Below are positions 1 through 11,813 of a DNA stretch of 64,000 nucleotides, piece by piece (the stretch's first letter is position 1; each line of letters begins with the position of its first letter). The DNA is taken from contig NC_043020.1 in assembly GCF_006345805.1 (NCBI RefSeq), positions 29,140,001 through 29,204,000 on the forward strand, in the 5' to 3' direction. The position numbers and the translations under genes were made by a program. Source of the DNA: Octopus sinensis. Lineage: Eukaryota. Under the pieces are notes generated by a model. It saw nothing but the letters and a program-made list of their open reading frames with translations, ran no database searches and had not been told where the DNA came from.

Positions 1-544
1 AACACATATTGTCTTTCCAAAAATTATCCCAAAAGCACATCTTGGGCCCAACATGTGATGTTGGGCCTCCCATAAGCTATTACAACACTTTAACCCTTTT
101 TCTAATTATATTTCTGTTAACATATGCTGCGTTTGTTAGAATAATAAATAATTTAGTAAAACAACTTTCATATACTCAGTGCATGTGGTTTGTTTGTTTG
201 CTGGTATGCTGTGGGTGCAGTGCTTTGGAGACGACTCCCTCATAGCACAGTTGAAAATCATAGACAGGTGAGACAACTTGCCTCCAATCCCATTCAGGAG
301 TGGTGGGTATAGATATTTCCCCGTTTTCGTGGCTCATCAATATCACGTGTCTGAATCGAACAAGGGACAACCTGAATCCTCAGTCTCAGGGGTTTGGCAA
401 AAATTAGCATAAAATTTTGATGACAGATTATTCTTAAAAACCACTTTAAAACAGTAAGTTCATGCCATAGAACTTGGGGTAGTTGCAGGTGGGTTGGTAT
501 CAAAAGGGTCAATAAACTAGAAGCTTTCTTCTTGAATACATTGG

Positions 545-830
545 AGTGTGTGGAGGCACATGGTCTAGTGGTTAGAGCAGCGGACTTGTGGTCGAGGGAT
601 CGTGGGTTCGAATCTCAGACCGGGTAATGTGTGTGTTTATGAGCAAAACACCTAAGCTTCACACGCAGCTCCGGCAGAAGGTAATGGTGAACTTCTGCTG
701 ATTCTTTCACCACAACTCTCTCTTGCTCTTTCCTCTTGCATCTAGCAGCTCACCTGTGACAGACCGGTGTCCCATCCAGGTGGGGAACCTGTATATCAAT
801 GAAACCAGTAAACTGGCCCTTATGAGCAAG
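545..830 (+). mobile_element. tRNA-derived SINE (family C), diverged
   Basis: tRNA-like head ggaggcacatggtctagtggttagagcag...ggttcgaatc with A/B boxes; body shared with copies at 5700, 12010, 22735 and 34740. Confidence 0.8.
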
Positions 831-1434
831 GAATGGCTCAAGAAACAACAAACAACAGCAACACATTGGGGTGTACTTGATGTACCCATTCAACATTTAT
901 GCCATAAAAAATGGTACATTGTTTTTCATCATTTCTCAGGTGTAGTTTGGGTTCTGCAGCATTTCATAATATCTCGAAGACATGGTTGCTTATACACCTT
1001 CGCCTTAAAAGACATCACAGCCCTTTCTATAACAGAATCAAGTGTTTTGCATTTCAAGGTCGCAAATTGCCTTTTTGTGCAGGAGTAAAAATATACAGTT
1101 TGGTTATTTACATAGGGTAACCTTGAGAGATAAAGAATATTGTGTGTGTGTATGCATGCACACGCACACACACAGATACACACGCGTGTGCACACACTCA
1201 CACACACATCAAACTTCATGCGATTAAATGAGAATCAGAAAAAACATTCTCTCTATACTATTGCTGTATGGGAAAAAAGGGAGAGAATTTCCCTATGGAC
1301 TGCTTCACAGATTGTCTCATATTTATATATATATATATATATATATATTGTACATACACACACACATATACATATATATATATAAATATATATATATTTA
1401 CATATATACATATGTACATACATATTCATACATA

Positions 1435-1465
<31 letters not shown>

Positions 1466-2089
1466 GTCGACTTCGGCGTAATTTGAACTGAAATGCTGTT
1501 AAACATTTTTGCCTGGCGTGTTTACCGATTCTTCCAGCTCATTGCTTTGAAGCGACAGAATATTTCTAAGTAATAATGGTGGTGATGGGGAAGATGGTAA
1601 AAACAAACAAACAAACAAACAATTACACGAAAATATTCCCATGTATTTTATATGGCGAAATATTCATCTTAATGTTAATTAAAAACATTTCTCAGGGTTA
1701 ATTATTCCATTGTATAACAATTAGCAAAAATCTGTCAGATTTCACATCTGATTGTTTTTTCCCACATCTTTCAAACGTATTTTTTATTTCTACCTGTTGC
1801 AACGACATGTTTCAATCCATTTACCTGCCATAAATTCCGTCTCATGTTACACTTTTTCCAATCACTGTTGTTACATCCTGTCACCTCTAATTACTAGTCC
1901 CCTTTCTCCAATCCCCCTTTATTAAACACTTTGTGATTGTTGTCTGGACATCAGATAACCCCTGAACAAGCAGTCTTATGTATGTATGTATGTATGTATG
2001 TATGTATGTATGTATGTATGTATGTATGTATGTATGTAGGTATGTATGTATGTATGTATGTATGTATGTATGTATGTATGTATAGTTGA

Positions 2090-2240
2090 GATTTATAGAA
2101 AAACGAAAGACGAAGACAGGTTTATGAGCAACAAGCAAGTGTATTAGTTTGACGCTCGGGAAAATGAAAAATTCTTTTACATTTTGAGCCTACGCTCTTC
2201 AGCAGAAAGGAATAAGAGAAAACAAACAGGGAGAGAATGA
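2090..2240 (-). mobile_element. Penelope-type pLTR fragment with decayed hammerhead motif
   Basis: Reverse complement ctttctgctgaagagcgtaggctcaaaatgtaaaaga...ctaatac is homologous to 6050-6200 and to 46340-46520, which follows a GIY-YIG ORF. Confidence 0.55.
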
Positions 2241-2269
2241 AAAAAACTTGAAGATTTCAGCGGTCCCTC

Positions 2270-2612
2270 TTTAAGGCGTTTCAGTCGACCAAATTGATCC
2301 CGGGATTTACTCTTAGTAAGCCTAGTATACTTATTCTATCGGTCCTTTTTGCCGACCCACTAAGTTACAGGGACATAAGCACACAAACATCGGTTGTCAA
2401 GTGATGGCGGTGGAGGGGGGCAAGCACAGACACAAAGACATACACAAATATATACATACATACACACATATACGACAGGTTTCCTTCAGTTTCCGTCTAC
2501 CAAATCCACTCACAAGGCTTTGGTCGGCCCGAGACTATAGTAGAAGACACTTGCCCAAGGTGCCACGCATGTAGTTAGGAAGTAAGCTTCTTACCACACA
2601 GCCACACCTGTG
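2270..2612 (-). mobile_element. tRNA-derived SINE (family A)
   Basis: Shares the ggcaccttgggcaagtgtcttctactatag...gaaagaagcccgtcg core with the many family A copies. Confidence 0.85.
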
Positions 2613-2690
2613 TGGTATATATATAACCACATAAGAATCCATAAATCAGGAAAAAATGGACTGGTATGTTTGTCAGTAGAGTGAGCGTAT

Positions 2691-2948
2691 TAATCGAAGT
2701 GTGCAGCATTATATATCCATTACGGCCGATCATACTGATCAGTTTCACATTATGGGCTCAACGGTGGGTTAGGTAGCAGTCCTATTATGCAACACTGCGC
2801 TCTTCAGAGATGGCATTCCATAGCTGCCATCTCTGAAGAGCGCAGGGTTACGTAGTCGGGCTGCTACCGAACACACCGTTGAGCCCATAATGTGAAACTG
2901 ATCGGTAAGCTCGGCCGTAATGGATATATAATACTGTACACTTTGATT
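2691..2948. mobile_element. Foldback element / MITE (about 125-bp inverted arms)
   Basis: Arms aatcgaagtgtgcagcattatatatccattacggccga... / ...tcggccgtaatggatatataatactgtacactttgatt; inner perfect 21-bp stem ctgcgctcttcagagatggca/tgccatctctgaagagcgcag. Confidence 0.75.
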
Positions 2949-3029
2949 TATATATATATATATATATATAATCATACTGATCAGTTTCACATTATGGGTT
3001 CAATGGTGTATATGTGTGTGCGTGTGTGT

Positions 3030-3355
3030 GTACACAAGGTTTGATTAAAAAGTATTGGGACTGTTGCTATGGTAACGGGGCTAAAGAATGCAGAGTGAAG
3101 CCACTTGGCACAGAACTCTGTCGTGTTTTTGCACCAAGTTATAATGTTTTCACTCGCTTTCATTGTTTATAGCAGAGTTTGGAAGTAAAGTGTGTAGAGT
3201 GTGGTCGTTGGACAGAATGTGTGCATCCGGTGGGTAACAACTCCACCACGACAAAGCATCTGAACATTCAGTACAGCTTGTGTAGCAGCTTTTGGCTCTC
3301 CAGATTCGACAACCTCCATATTCCCCAGATCTCTTCCTTGCGACCTTCTCTTCCC

Positions 3356-3360
<5 letters not shown>
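3030..3360 (+). mobile_element. Internally deleted mariner remnant
   Basis: TIR-like tacacaaggtttgattaaaaagtattgggact; residual LHHDKASEHS and RQPPYSPDL (HDNA / YSPDL motifs). Confidence 0.65.
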
Positions 3361-3443
<83 letters not shown>

Positions 3444-3465
3444 ATATATATGCAATGACCTATCT

Positions 3466-3803
3466 GCCACATTAACTATTTGCCACATTAATTATTTGCA
3501 ACATTAATTATTTGCTACATTAACTATTTGCCACATTAACTTTTTGCAACATTAATTATTTGCAACATTAATTATTTGCAACATTAACGATTTGCCACAT
3601 TAATTATTTTCAACATTAATTATTTGCAGCATTAACTATTTGCAACATTAACTATTTGCCACATTAATTATTTGCAACGTTAATTATTTGCTACATTAAC
3701 TATTTGCCACATTAACTTTTTGCAACATTAATTATTTGCAACATTAATTATTTGCAAATTAATTATTTGCAACATTAACTATTTGCAACATTAACGGTTT
3801 GCA
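3466..3803. repeat. 16-bp minisatellite (GCMACATTAAYTATTT), about 21 copies
   Basis: Units counted by eye; variant units recur with an 11-unit period. Confidence 0.9.
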
Positions 3804-4528
3804 ACCCTGATGTCACCAACCAATCAGGTGAGCGCATTTGACAGGTTGGTTTCACACATCCTCAGGAAGCAGGATAAAAGAGCAGCCATGAATGCTATGT
3901 TTTTCTTTGGCGAAGAATGTACAACTCAACGAAGATTAGCGATTAGTGACTTCAGAACAAAAAGCTAAATGGTTGTAGAGACACAGGAGAATTTGGAGAA
4001 CGAAGCCAGCGAAGCTGAAAGAGCTCTGGACCAATTATAGATTTGATGGCGCACGAATTGATGCAAGGGACAGGAGAGAACAACTGAAAGTTTCTACAAG
4101 ACAACCTGCCAAGAGATATGGACCTGATTTGTGGTTGCAGGGAAATGTTCCAGCCTGGTGTAAGGTGACATGGTGATGAAATAGCATTCTTGAAAGCAAT
4201 ATAAACGCTTAGAGACAAATATAGGAATATTTAAAGTGGACAACAAAAAAACAATATCAAGTCACTAAAAGAGAAGTTAGACGTCAGGTATGCGTAGCAG
4301 GAAGAATAAAATAAAAAGAAACAAATATCGCAGAGTGGGGACTGAACCTGAAATCACGGGGTTGTGAAGCATAGTTCTTTAACTACGCTGCCACGATACA
4401 GATTTGCATGTTTACGTCATTTGGAATCACGGAGGACCTGGGCTAGCATGGTAGCCTTTCTACAAGGACAAAGAAGTATCAGGAGGTCGATGCCGTGGAC
4501 AACCTGTAAACACACACACACACACAAA

Positions 4529-4561
<33 letters not shown>

Positions 4562-5130
4562 CACACACACACACACACACAGAGTTAAAAACGTATAGTA
4601 AATGTACACACGAACGGAAAACAGACACAGAAGGTCCTCAACTCCCCATCAGTTATCGGTCAGAGGGTCAAACGCAATTTCGCACCTTTAACGATAATAT
4701 TGTTTCCCTTCTGCTGACGACTGGCGAGCACTTGGCGTGAAATGGGATCGAGACGTAACAGAACAAGAAAAGACAAACAATAAATGGACAAAAAAGCAAT
4801 AATGAAGCTGGCATATGAAGATGAATAAATGTAATTCAAGACGAGATTGCTAGTGGACAGACGAGGGTCGTAGTTTCTCTACTCTCCACTTCAACCTGTT
4901 TCGCTGTCTGTGACCCTACAGTTGTCCCACCGTTGCCCTACTGCGGATGACACCAGGTAGCCCAAACTGTGCCAGTGCTTTACTCAACACATAAACATAC
5001 TAACAAACATATATCCATTAATCCCAAAATTACACACACCCTCACGTATGTATGTGTGTGATATATATCTATCTATATATACTCATATCATATATTATAT
5101 TTATTTTATTTTTATTTTATTTTTTATTTT

Positions 5131-5424
5131 ATCTAGTTTCAGCTCACGAGCTGTGGCCATGCTGGGGCACCTCCATTTGGTGTTGCTACATGATTTTACT
5201 TCACGAATGCTTTTTAGTAATTGCTATTTGGTGCATGAGAGAGTTCGATGCAGCTGCCCTCATCTGCACCTCCTGCCGTGAAGTTGGTTCATCTGGGACA
5301 CCTGACAGGAAGAGATCCAGTTTCATTTTAAAGACATCTGCATCCACCCCATGCAGGTCTCTCAGGTTCTTTGGGAGGATATTGAAGAGCTGTGGGCCTC
5401 GGAAGCCCAGGCTATCACAGTATC
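5131..5424 (-). mobile_element. CR1-type LINE 3' fragment
   Basis: Near-identical to the 3' end of the LINE at 31685-33470 (DSLGFRGPQLFNILPKNLRDL). Confidence 0.85.
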
Positions 5425-5699
5425 TATAATATATATATACAACCACACACACACATCAATATATGTATATATAAACACACACACATGCATATATGTGAAC
5501 AACAAATGACTATTGTTAATCATATAGAAAACTATCCTGGATGGGAAATAATGATCGGCCGTAACAGGACATCAAAGACAAGGACAGAACTATGTCCATA
5601 GCCAGTGTTTCACAGGGTAACACGTAATAGGAAATAGGAAAACAACCACAATTGATTTCCTAACTGGCACAACGCCTTAAATTCAGAGGGAAGGAGAAT

Positions 5700-6000
5700 C
5701 AGTGGTTAGGCAGCGGACTGGCGGTCGTAGGATCGCGGTTTCGATTCCCAGACCAGGCATTGTGAGTGTTTATTGAGCGAAAACACCTGAAGCTCCACGA
5801 GGCTCCGGCAGGGGTTGGTGGCGATCCCTGCTGTACTCTTTCACCACTCTTTCTCTCACTCTTTCTTCTGTTGGCCTGCTCGCTTAGCCAGCCGGGTGGC
5901 GACATTTGAAGGCCAAAAAAAGAAAAACAGTGCGATGCGCATTGTGACCAGCGATGTGTAGCAACATCTGATAGCCTGGTCGGTCACGGTGATCACAGTG
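5700..6000 (+). mobile_element. tRNA-derived SINE (family C)
   Basis: agtggttaggcagcggac...ggtttcgattcccagacc head plus conserved body. Confidence 0.85.
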
Positions 6001-6220
6001 ATATTGTTGGCCACTACACACACATTTTTTTTCTCTCTTTGTTTCTCTCCTTGTTTCTTTCTGTGTCTCTTTCTGTAGAAGAGCGTAGGCTCGAAACGTA
6101 AAAGACTTTTTCTATTCCTGAGTGTTATACTAATGCATCTCTTTGTTTGTACACCACCTGTCTTCGTCATTTGCTTTTATCGTAAACTCTCCTCTCTCTC
6201 TCTCTCTCTCCTCTCTCTCG

Positions 6221-6269
<49 letters not shown>

Positions 6270-6287
6270 GCACCTTGGGCAAGTGTC

Positions 6288-6387
6288 NNNNNNNNNNNNN
6301 NNNNNNNNNNNNNNNNNNNNNNNNNNNNNNNNNNNNNNNNNNNNNNNNNNNNNNNNNNNNNNNNNNNNNNNNNNNNNNNNNNNNNNN
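6288..6387. other. Assembly gap (100 N)
   Basis: Run of N; the sequence after it (to about 6560) is homopolymer-rich and looks low quality. Confidence 1.
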
Positions 6388-6579
6388 TTTTTTTTCCCTC
6401 TCCCCCTTTTTTTTAACCCCCCTTTTTTGTGTCCTCTTTCTCTCCTTTTACGACCCCTTTTGATCGAAACTCCCCCTTCCTTTTTTTTTTTTTTTTCTTT
6501 TAAACCTTCAAAAGAAAAGCTCTACCTTGTAATTTGTTCTATCTGTGTGCAGCCCTGTGTGGCTAATAAAGAAACATAT

Positions 6580-6682
6580 CTATCTATCGATCTATCTATC
6601 TATCTGTCTGTCTATCTATCTGTCTGTCTGTTTGTCTATGTAGCTATCTGTCTGTCTATTTATCTGTCTATCTATCTATCTA

Positions 6683-6714
<32 letters not shown>

Positions 6715-6746
6715 TCTGTCTATCTACCCACCTGCCTATCTATCTA

Positions 6747-6786
<40 letters not shown>

Positions 6787-6866
6787 CCCACCTGCCTATC
6801 TATCTATCTGTCTGTCTGTCTGTCTATCTATCTGTCTATCTATCTACCCACCTGCCTATCTATCTA

Positions 6867-6906
<40 letters not shown>

Positions 6907-6926
6907 CCCACCTGCCTATCTATCTA

Positions 6927-6970
<44 letters not shown>

Positions 6971-6990
6971 CCCACCTGCCTATCTATCTA

Positions 6991-7030
<40 letters not shown>

Positions 7031-7050
7031 CCCACCTGCCTATCTATCTA

Positions 7051-7090
<40 letters not shown>

Positions 7091-7110
7091 CCCACCTGCC
7101 TATCTATCTA

Positions 7111-7154
<44 letters not shown>

Positions 7155-7178
7155 CCCACCTGCCTATCTATCTATCTA

Positions 7179-7229
<51 letters not shown>

Positions 7230-7258
7230 GTCTATCTATCTACCCACCTGCCTATCTA

Positions 7259-7298
<40 letters not shown>

Positions 7299-7322
7299 CC
7301 CACCTGCCTATCTATCTATCTA

Positions 7323-7358
<36 letters not shown>

Positions 7359-7418
7359 CCCACCTGCCTATCTATCTATCTATCTATCTGTCTGTCTGTC
7401 TATCTGTCTATCTATCTG

Positions 7419-7449
<31 letters not shown>

Positions 7450-7490
7450 GTCTGTCTATCTATTAACCTATCTCTCTATCTATCTACCTC
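6580..7490. repeat. Compound (CTAT)/(CTGT) microsatellite with about 60-bp higher-order unit
   Basis: Marker ctacccacctgc recurs about every 60 bp. Confidence 0.95.
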
Positions 7491-7559
7491 CTTTGTCATG
7501 GAACAGCAGTCAAAAAAAAAACAATGTTCTCCTCTTCTAAACAAAACCCAAAAAAACAT

Positions 7560-7693
7560 GTTTTACATAAAGGAACAAGGTCTTTTGGCTTTCTTTCTCT
7601 CTTTTCTTTTCTGTTTTACATAAAGGAACAAGGTGTTTTGGCTTTCTTTCTCTCTTTTCTTTTCTGTTTTACATAAAGGAACAAGGTGTTTTG
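7560..7693. repeat. 53-bp tandem repeat, about 2.5 copies
   Basis: ttttacataaaggaacaagg starts at 7561, 7614 and 7667. Confidence 0.9.
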
Positions 7694-8004
7694 TGCATTC
7701 ACAAAATTCCATTTGACAACTTCCAGAAACAAACAAAAGCACTAATAATAATGAAGAAATAAAAAGATTTTTTCCCCAAAATTCTGGCAAACTTTCTTCT
7801 CAATATAAATATATTCATTGGTATATATTATATCGACCCTGAAAGGTTGAAAAGCAAAGTTGACCTCAGCGGAATTTGAACTCAGACCACAAAGACAGAC
7901 AAAATTCACATAGAAAGTATGAAATGAAAAGACATCTACAGAATAATCTTTTCTACTACAGGTACAAAGCCAGAAATTGTGAGAAAGGAGGCAAATCGAT
8001 TAGA

Positions 8005-8760
8005 TCGACCCCAGTGTGTAACTGGTACTTAATTTATCAAACCCGAGAGAATGAAAAGCAAAGTCGACCTCGGCGGAATTTGAACTCAGAACGTAGTGAC
8101 AGGCAAAATACCTATTTCTTTATTACCCACAAGGGGCTAAACACAGAAGGGACAAACAAGGACAGAGAAAGGGGTTAAGTCGATTACATCGACCCCAGTG
8201 CATAACTGGTACTTATTTAATCGACCCTGAAAGGATGAAAGGCAAAGTCGACCTCAGCGGAATTTGAACTCAGAGCGTAGCGACAGGCAAAATACCTATT
8301 TCTTTACTACCCACAAGGGGCTAAACACAGAAGGGACAAACAAGGACAGAGAAAGGGGTTAAGTCGATTACATCGACCCCAGTGCATAACTGGTACTTAT
8401 TTAATCGACCCTGAAAGAATGAAAGGCAAAATCGACTTCGGCGGAATTTGAACTCAGAACGTAGCGATGGGCAAAATACCTATTTCTTTACTATCCACAA
8501 GGGGCTAAGCACAGAGGAGACAAACAAGGACAAACAAAGGGATGAAGTCGATTATATCGACCCCAGTGCGTAACTGGTACTTAATTTATCGACCCCGAAA
8601 GGATGAAAGGCAAAGTCGACCTCGGCGGAATTTGAACTCAGAACATAGCGATGGGCAAAATACCTATTTCTTTACTATCCACAAGGGGCTAAGCACAGAA
8701 TGTAGTGGCAGACGAAATACCGCTAAGCATTTCGCCCGACGTGCTAACGATTCTGCCAGC
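8005..8760 (-). mobile_element. Head-to-tail array of family B SINE units (184-bp period)
   Basis: cctatttcttt at 8111, 8295, 8479 and 8663; a single tRNA-like head at 8700-8760. Confidence 0.9.
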
Positions 8761-9149
8761 TTTACATCTACAGAATAATACTAAAAGACACTGACAATGA
8801 GTGGCAAATCAAACAAATTTGCCACCACAGGGAATAATACAAACACAAATACAACGAATACACCAGACAGAACAACAAGTAAAACCAGACAGAGAACCAT
8901 ACAAAGAACAGAAACTCCATTAAAAATGCACACAAAAGCCACATAAGAAAGCGACGTAAGATAGTAATAGATGAAAGCTATCCACTACTGCAATGCCGTA
9001 AGTCACGCATGAAAGCCATGCATAATAAAAGCTACACTTGGAATGTATTATATCAATTAAATGCTTTGAAATTTTATGGTGACACTGAGTCAATGGCTAT
9101 TGTGGTGGCGGAGGTGGTGGTGGTGGTAGTGGTGGTGGTAGTAGTAGTA

Positions 9150-9656
9150 GTAGGGTGGCGAACTGGCAGAATCGATAGCACACCGGGGGCGAAATGTGTA
9201 GCCGTATTTCGTCTGCCGTTACGTTCTGAGTTCAAATTCCGCCGAGGTCGACTTTGCCTTTAATCTTTTCGGGGGTCGATAAATTAAGTACCAGTTACGC
9301 ACTGGGGTCGATGTAATCGACTTAATCCGTTTGTCTGTCCTTGTTTGTCCCTTCTGCGTTTAGCCCCTCGTGGGTGTAAAGAAATAGGTGGTGGTAGTAG
9401 TAGTATAGTATAGTAGTAGTAGGGTGGCGAACTGGCAGAATCGATAGCACACCGGGGGCGAAATGTGTAGCCGTATTTCGTCTGCCGTTACGTTCTGAGT
9501 TCAAATTCCGCCGAGGTCGACTTTGCCTTTAATCTTTTCGGGGGTCGATAAATTAAGTACCAGTTACGCACTGGGGTCGATGTAATCGACTTAATCCGTT
9601 TGTCTGTCCTTGTTTGTCCCTTCTGCGTTTAGCCCCTCGTGGGTTGTAAAGAAATA

Positions 9657-9660
<4 letters not shown>
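9150..9660 (+). mobile_element. Two near-identical family B SINE copies in tandem (269-bp period) in (GTA)n
   Basis: The SINE copies differ by a single-base indel in the part compared. Confidence 0.9.
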
Positions 9661-9712
<52 letters not shown>

Positions 9713-9935
9713 CAGCAGTAGCAGCAGTAGTAGTAAAATGGAAGTGGTGGTGGGGGTGGGAATAAGCTGTAGCAGCAGTAGTAGTAGTAGTAGCAGTAGT
9801 AGTAGCTGTAGTAGTAGTAGCAGCAGTAGTAGCAGTAGTAGTAGTAGTAGTAAAATGGAAGTGGGGGTGGGGGTGGGAATCAGCTGTAGTAGTAGTAGTA
9901 GCAGTAGTAGTAGTAATAGTGGTGGTGTTGGTGGT
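9660..9935. repeat. (GTA)n/(GCA)n microsatellite
   Basis: Direct inspection. Confidence 0.95.
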
Positions 9936-10008
9936 GGTCAAACCAAGCAGAATGGCTAAATGCAGTAGTAGTAATAAAAGAGAGGAAAGCGAAAGTGAAA
10001 CTACTCAC

Positions 10009-10127
10009 GTGTTGTTTGTCGATGAGGAACCTTTGGCACTGGCCACACTGCTGGCATTTGATCCTCAGCTGGGCTGATGCAATGTCTTTGCATTCGTAGC
10101 AGTAGACGTAATAGCTGTACTCTTTAC
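10009..10127 (-). CDS. PRKN: Parkin-like exon: start of RING0 domain
   Basis: Acceptor ttgctgttgtcag, donor CAC|gtgagt, 119 nt, phase 1 to 0 (human exon 4 is 122 nt with the same phases). Encodes (S)KEYSYYVYCYECKDIASAQLRIKCQQCGQCQRFLIDKQH, versus human [29 protein letters not shown]. Confidence 0.85.
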
Positions 10128-10194
10128 CTGACAACAGCAAGGGAAGCAAACAACAGCACGTTTAGAGCTTTCATCATTATACGACTAGATTCAT

Positions 10195-10460
10195 CATCAT
10201 CATCATCAACATCATTGCCGTAATTATTATCATCATCATCATTATCATCATCATCATCAACATCATTGCCATAATTATTATCATCATCATCATCATCATC
10301 AACATCATTGCCATAATTATTATCATCATCATCATCATCATCATCAACATCATTGCCATAATTATCATCATCATCATCATCATCATCATCAACATCATTG
10401 TCGTGATTATCATCATCATCATCTTGTCGTGATTATCATCATCATCATCATCATCATCAT
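10195..10460. repeat. (ATC)n microsatellite with about 50-bp higher-order unit
   Basis: aacatcattgccataattat recurs. Confidence 0.95.
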
Positions 10461-10825
10461 TTAATGTCTGCTTTTCCAAGCTTGCATGGGTCAGGTGGTA
10501 TTTGTTGAGGTGGATTTTGCTACGGCTGGATGCTCTTCCTCTGGCCAACCCTCAACAGTTTCCAAGCAAATTTATATTTCCCATAACTAGAAATGTTTTT
10601 TTTTTTATGGAAGACTAGAATCAAAAAAGCCTTGTACGATGATGATGATACTTATTTACACTCATTGTGTGACATCAAGAGGCACTTCTTCTTAGTGCCA
10701 CCCACTCCAGAAGTGTAGTAAGTGACTCTTACATGTCACCTGCACGGATGCCCTTTATGTGTCACTGGCACCGGCGACACATACACTTATATACACATCA
10801 TCATCATCATCATCATTACATTTAA

Positions 10826-11047
10826 CCCTTTTACCACTTAAACCGGCCACATCCGGCCAAAAGTATCCTGCCAGTTTTATGTTCAAACTAGCCAGATCTG
10901 GTCTCTCACACCAAACCTACAATATCGTTTTAAAAATTAACAGCTACCTCACCAAAATCTCATAACTACCAGATAATGCAGGATTAGTTCAAAACAATGT
11001 GGATGAAGAAGCATTCATTTTGGCAGAATAAGGTGAACACTAAAGGG
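10826..11047. mobile_element. piggyBac-type MITE
   Basis: TTAA at 10822-10825 and 11048-11051 flank termini cccttt.../...aaaggg. Confidence 0.7.
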
Positions 11048-11049
11048 TT

Positions 11050-11700
11050 AACGTCCATCTTCCATGCTGGCAATGGTTGGATGGTTTGACAGGAACTGGC
11101 AAGACAGAAGACGGCACCAAGCTCCAATGACTGCTTCGACATGGTTTCTAGGGTTGGAATTCCTTTCCTAACGCCAACCACTTTACCGGGTGCAATGGGT
11201 GCTTTTGTTCTTTTCTTCGCGCCACCAGAACTAGTAAGGTTGCTCTGCAGCTTGCAAGACCGTGAACCCTGAGAAGGTGGCTGTATGTTAGCAGATGAGG
11301 GATTTAAATATGTATAAGGGGCCAGAGCAGAACAGGCTTCTTCCTCTACAGCTGTGGTTCTCAACCCTTTTTTGCCTAGGGGTCACTTTGATTCTTATTT
11401 CGCTCTCCTGGACCTCCAGTCATTCAATGCACATAAAAAAAAACCCAGAAATCCCACTGTATTTCTATAATTAATTATTATTTGGAATTGTACAAAAAAA
11501 AAAGTTTAAATATTTTGTGTAATGTAGAAATAAAACCATCATCATCATCATCGTTTAACGTCCGCTTTCCATGCTGGCATGGATTGGACGGTTAGACTGA
11601 AGTCTGGAGAGCCAGATGGCTGCACCAGGCTCCAATCTTGATCTGGCAAAGTTTCTAAAGCCAGATGCCCTTCCTAACGCCAACCACTCCAAGAGTGTAG
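11050..11700 (-). mobile_element. Two copies of an RTE-like 3'-tail repeat (family D)
   Basis: catcatcatcgtttaacgtccgctttccatgc...gcccttcctaacgccaaccac; (GAT)n tail on the sense strand. Confidence 0.7.
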
Positions 11701-11813
11701 TGAAAGAAAGAAAGAAAGAAAGAAAGGAAAAAAGAAAAAAAGAAAGAAAGAAGGAAGGAAAAAAGAAACAAACAAACAAACAAAGAGAGGAAGAAAGAAA
11801 CTGGGGAACTTAC

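Noticed and set aside
1-77. Minus-strand GPKMCFWDNFW resembling parkin GPSCWDDV, overlapping a 10-bp hairpin at 45-67
   Set aside because: Weak acceptor, poor alignment and cut by the window edge.
4420-4503. Good minus-strand acceptor after (TG)n, candidate parkin exon 5/6
   Set aside because: All frames hit stops or show no parkin similarity; no good donor.
4705-4775. CUGACGA...GAGACGUA hammerhead-like remnant; similar remnant at about 33678-33720
   Set aside because: GAAA is mutated or stems are out of register; too degenerate to call.
8005-8760. Regularly spaced repeats that might suggest a CRISPR array
   Set aside because: Eukaryotic SINE multimer with no unique spacers.
9150-9660. Near-identical tandem SINE pair as a special event
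   Set aside because: One indel between the SINE copies in a microsatellite context; slippage or assembly effect cannot be excluded.
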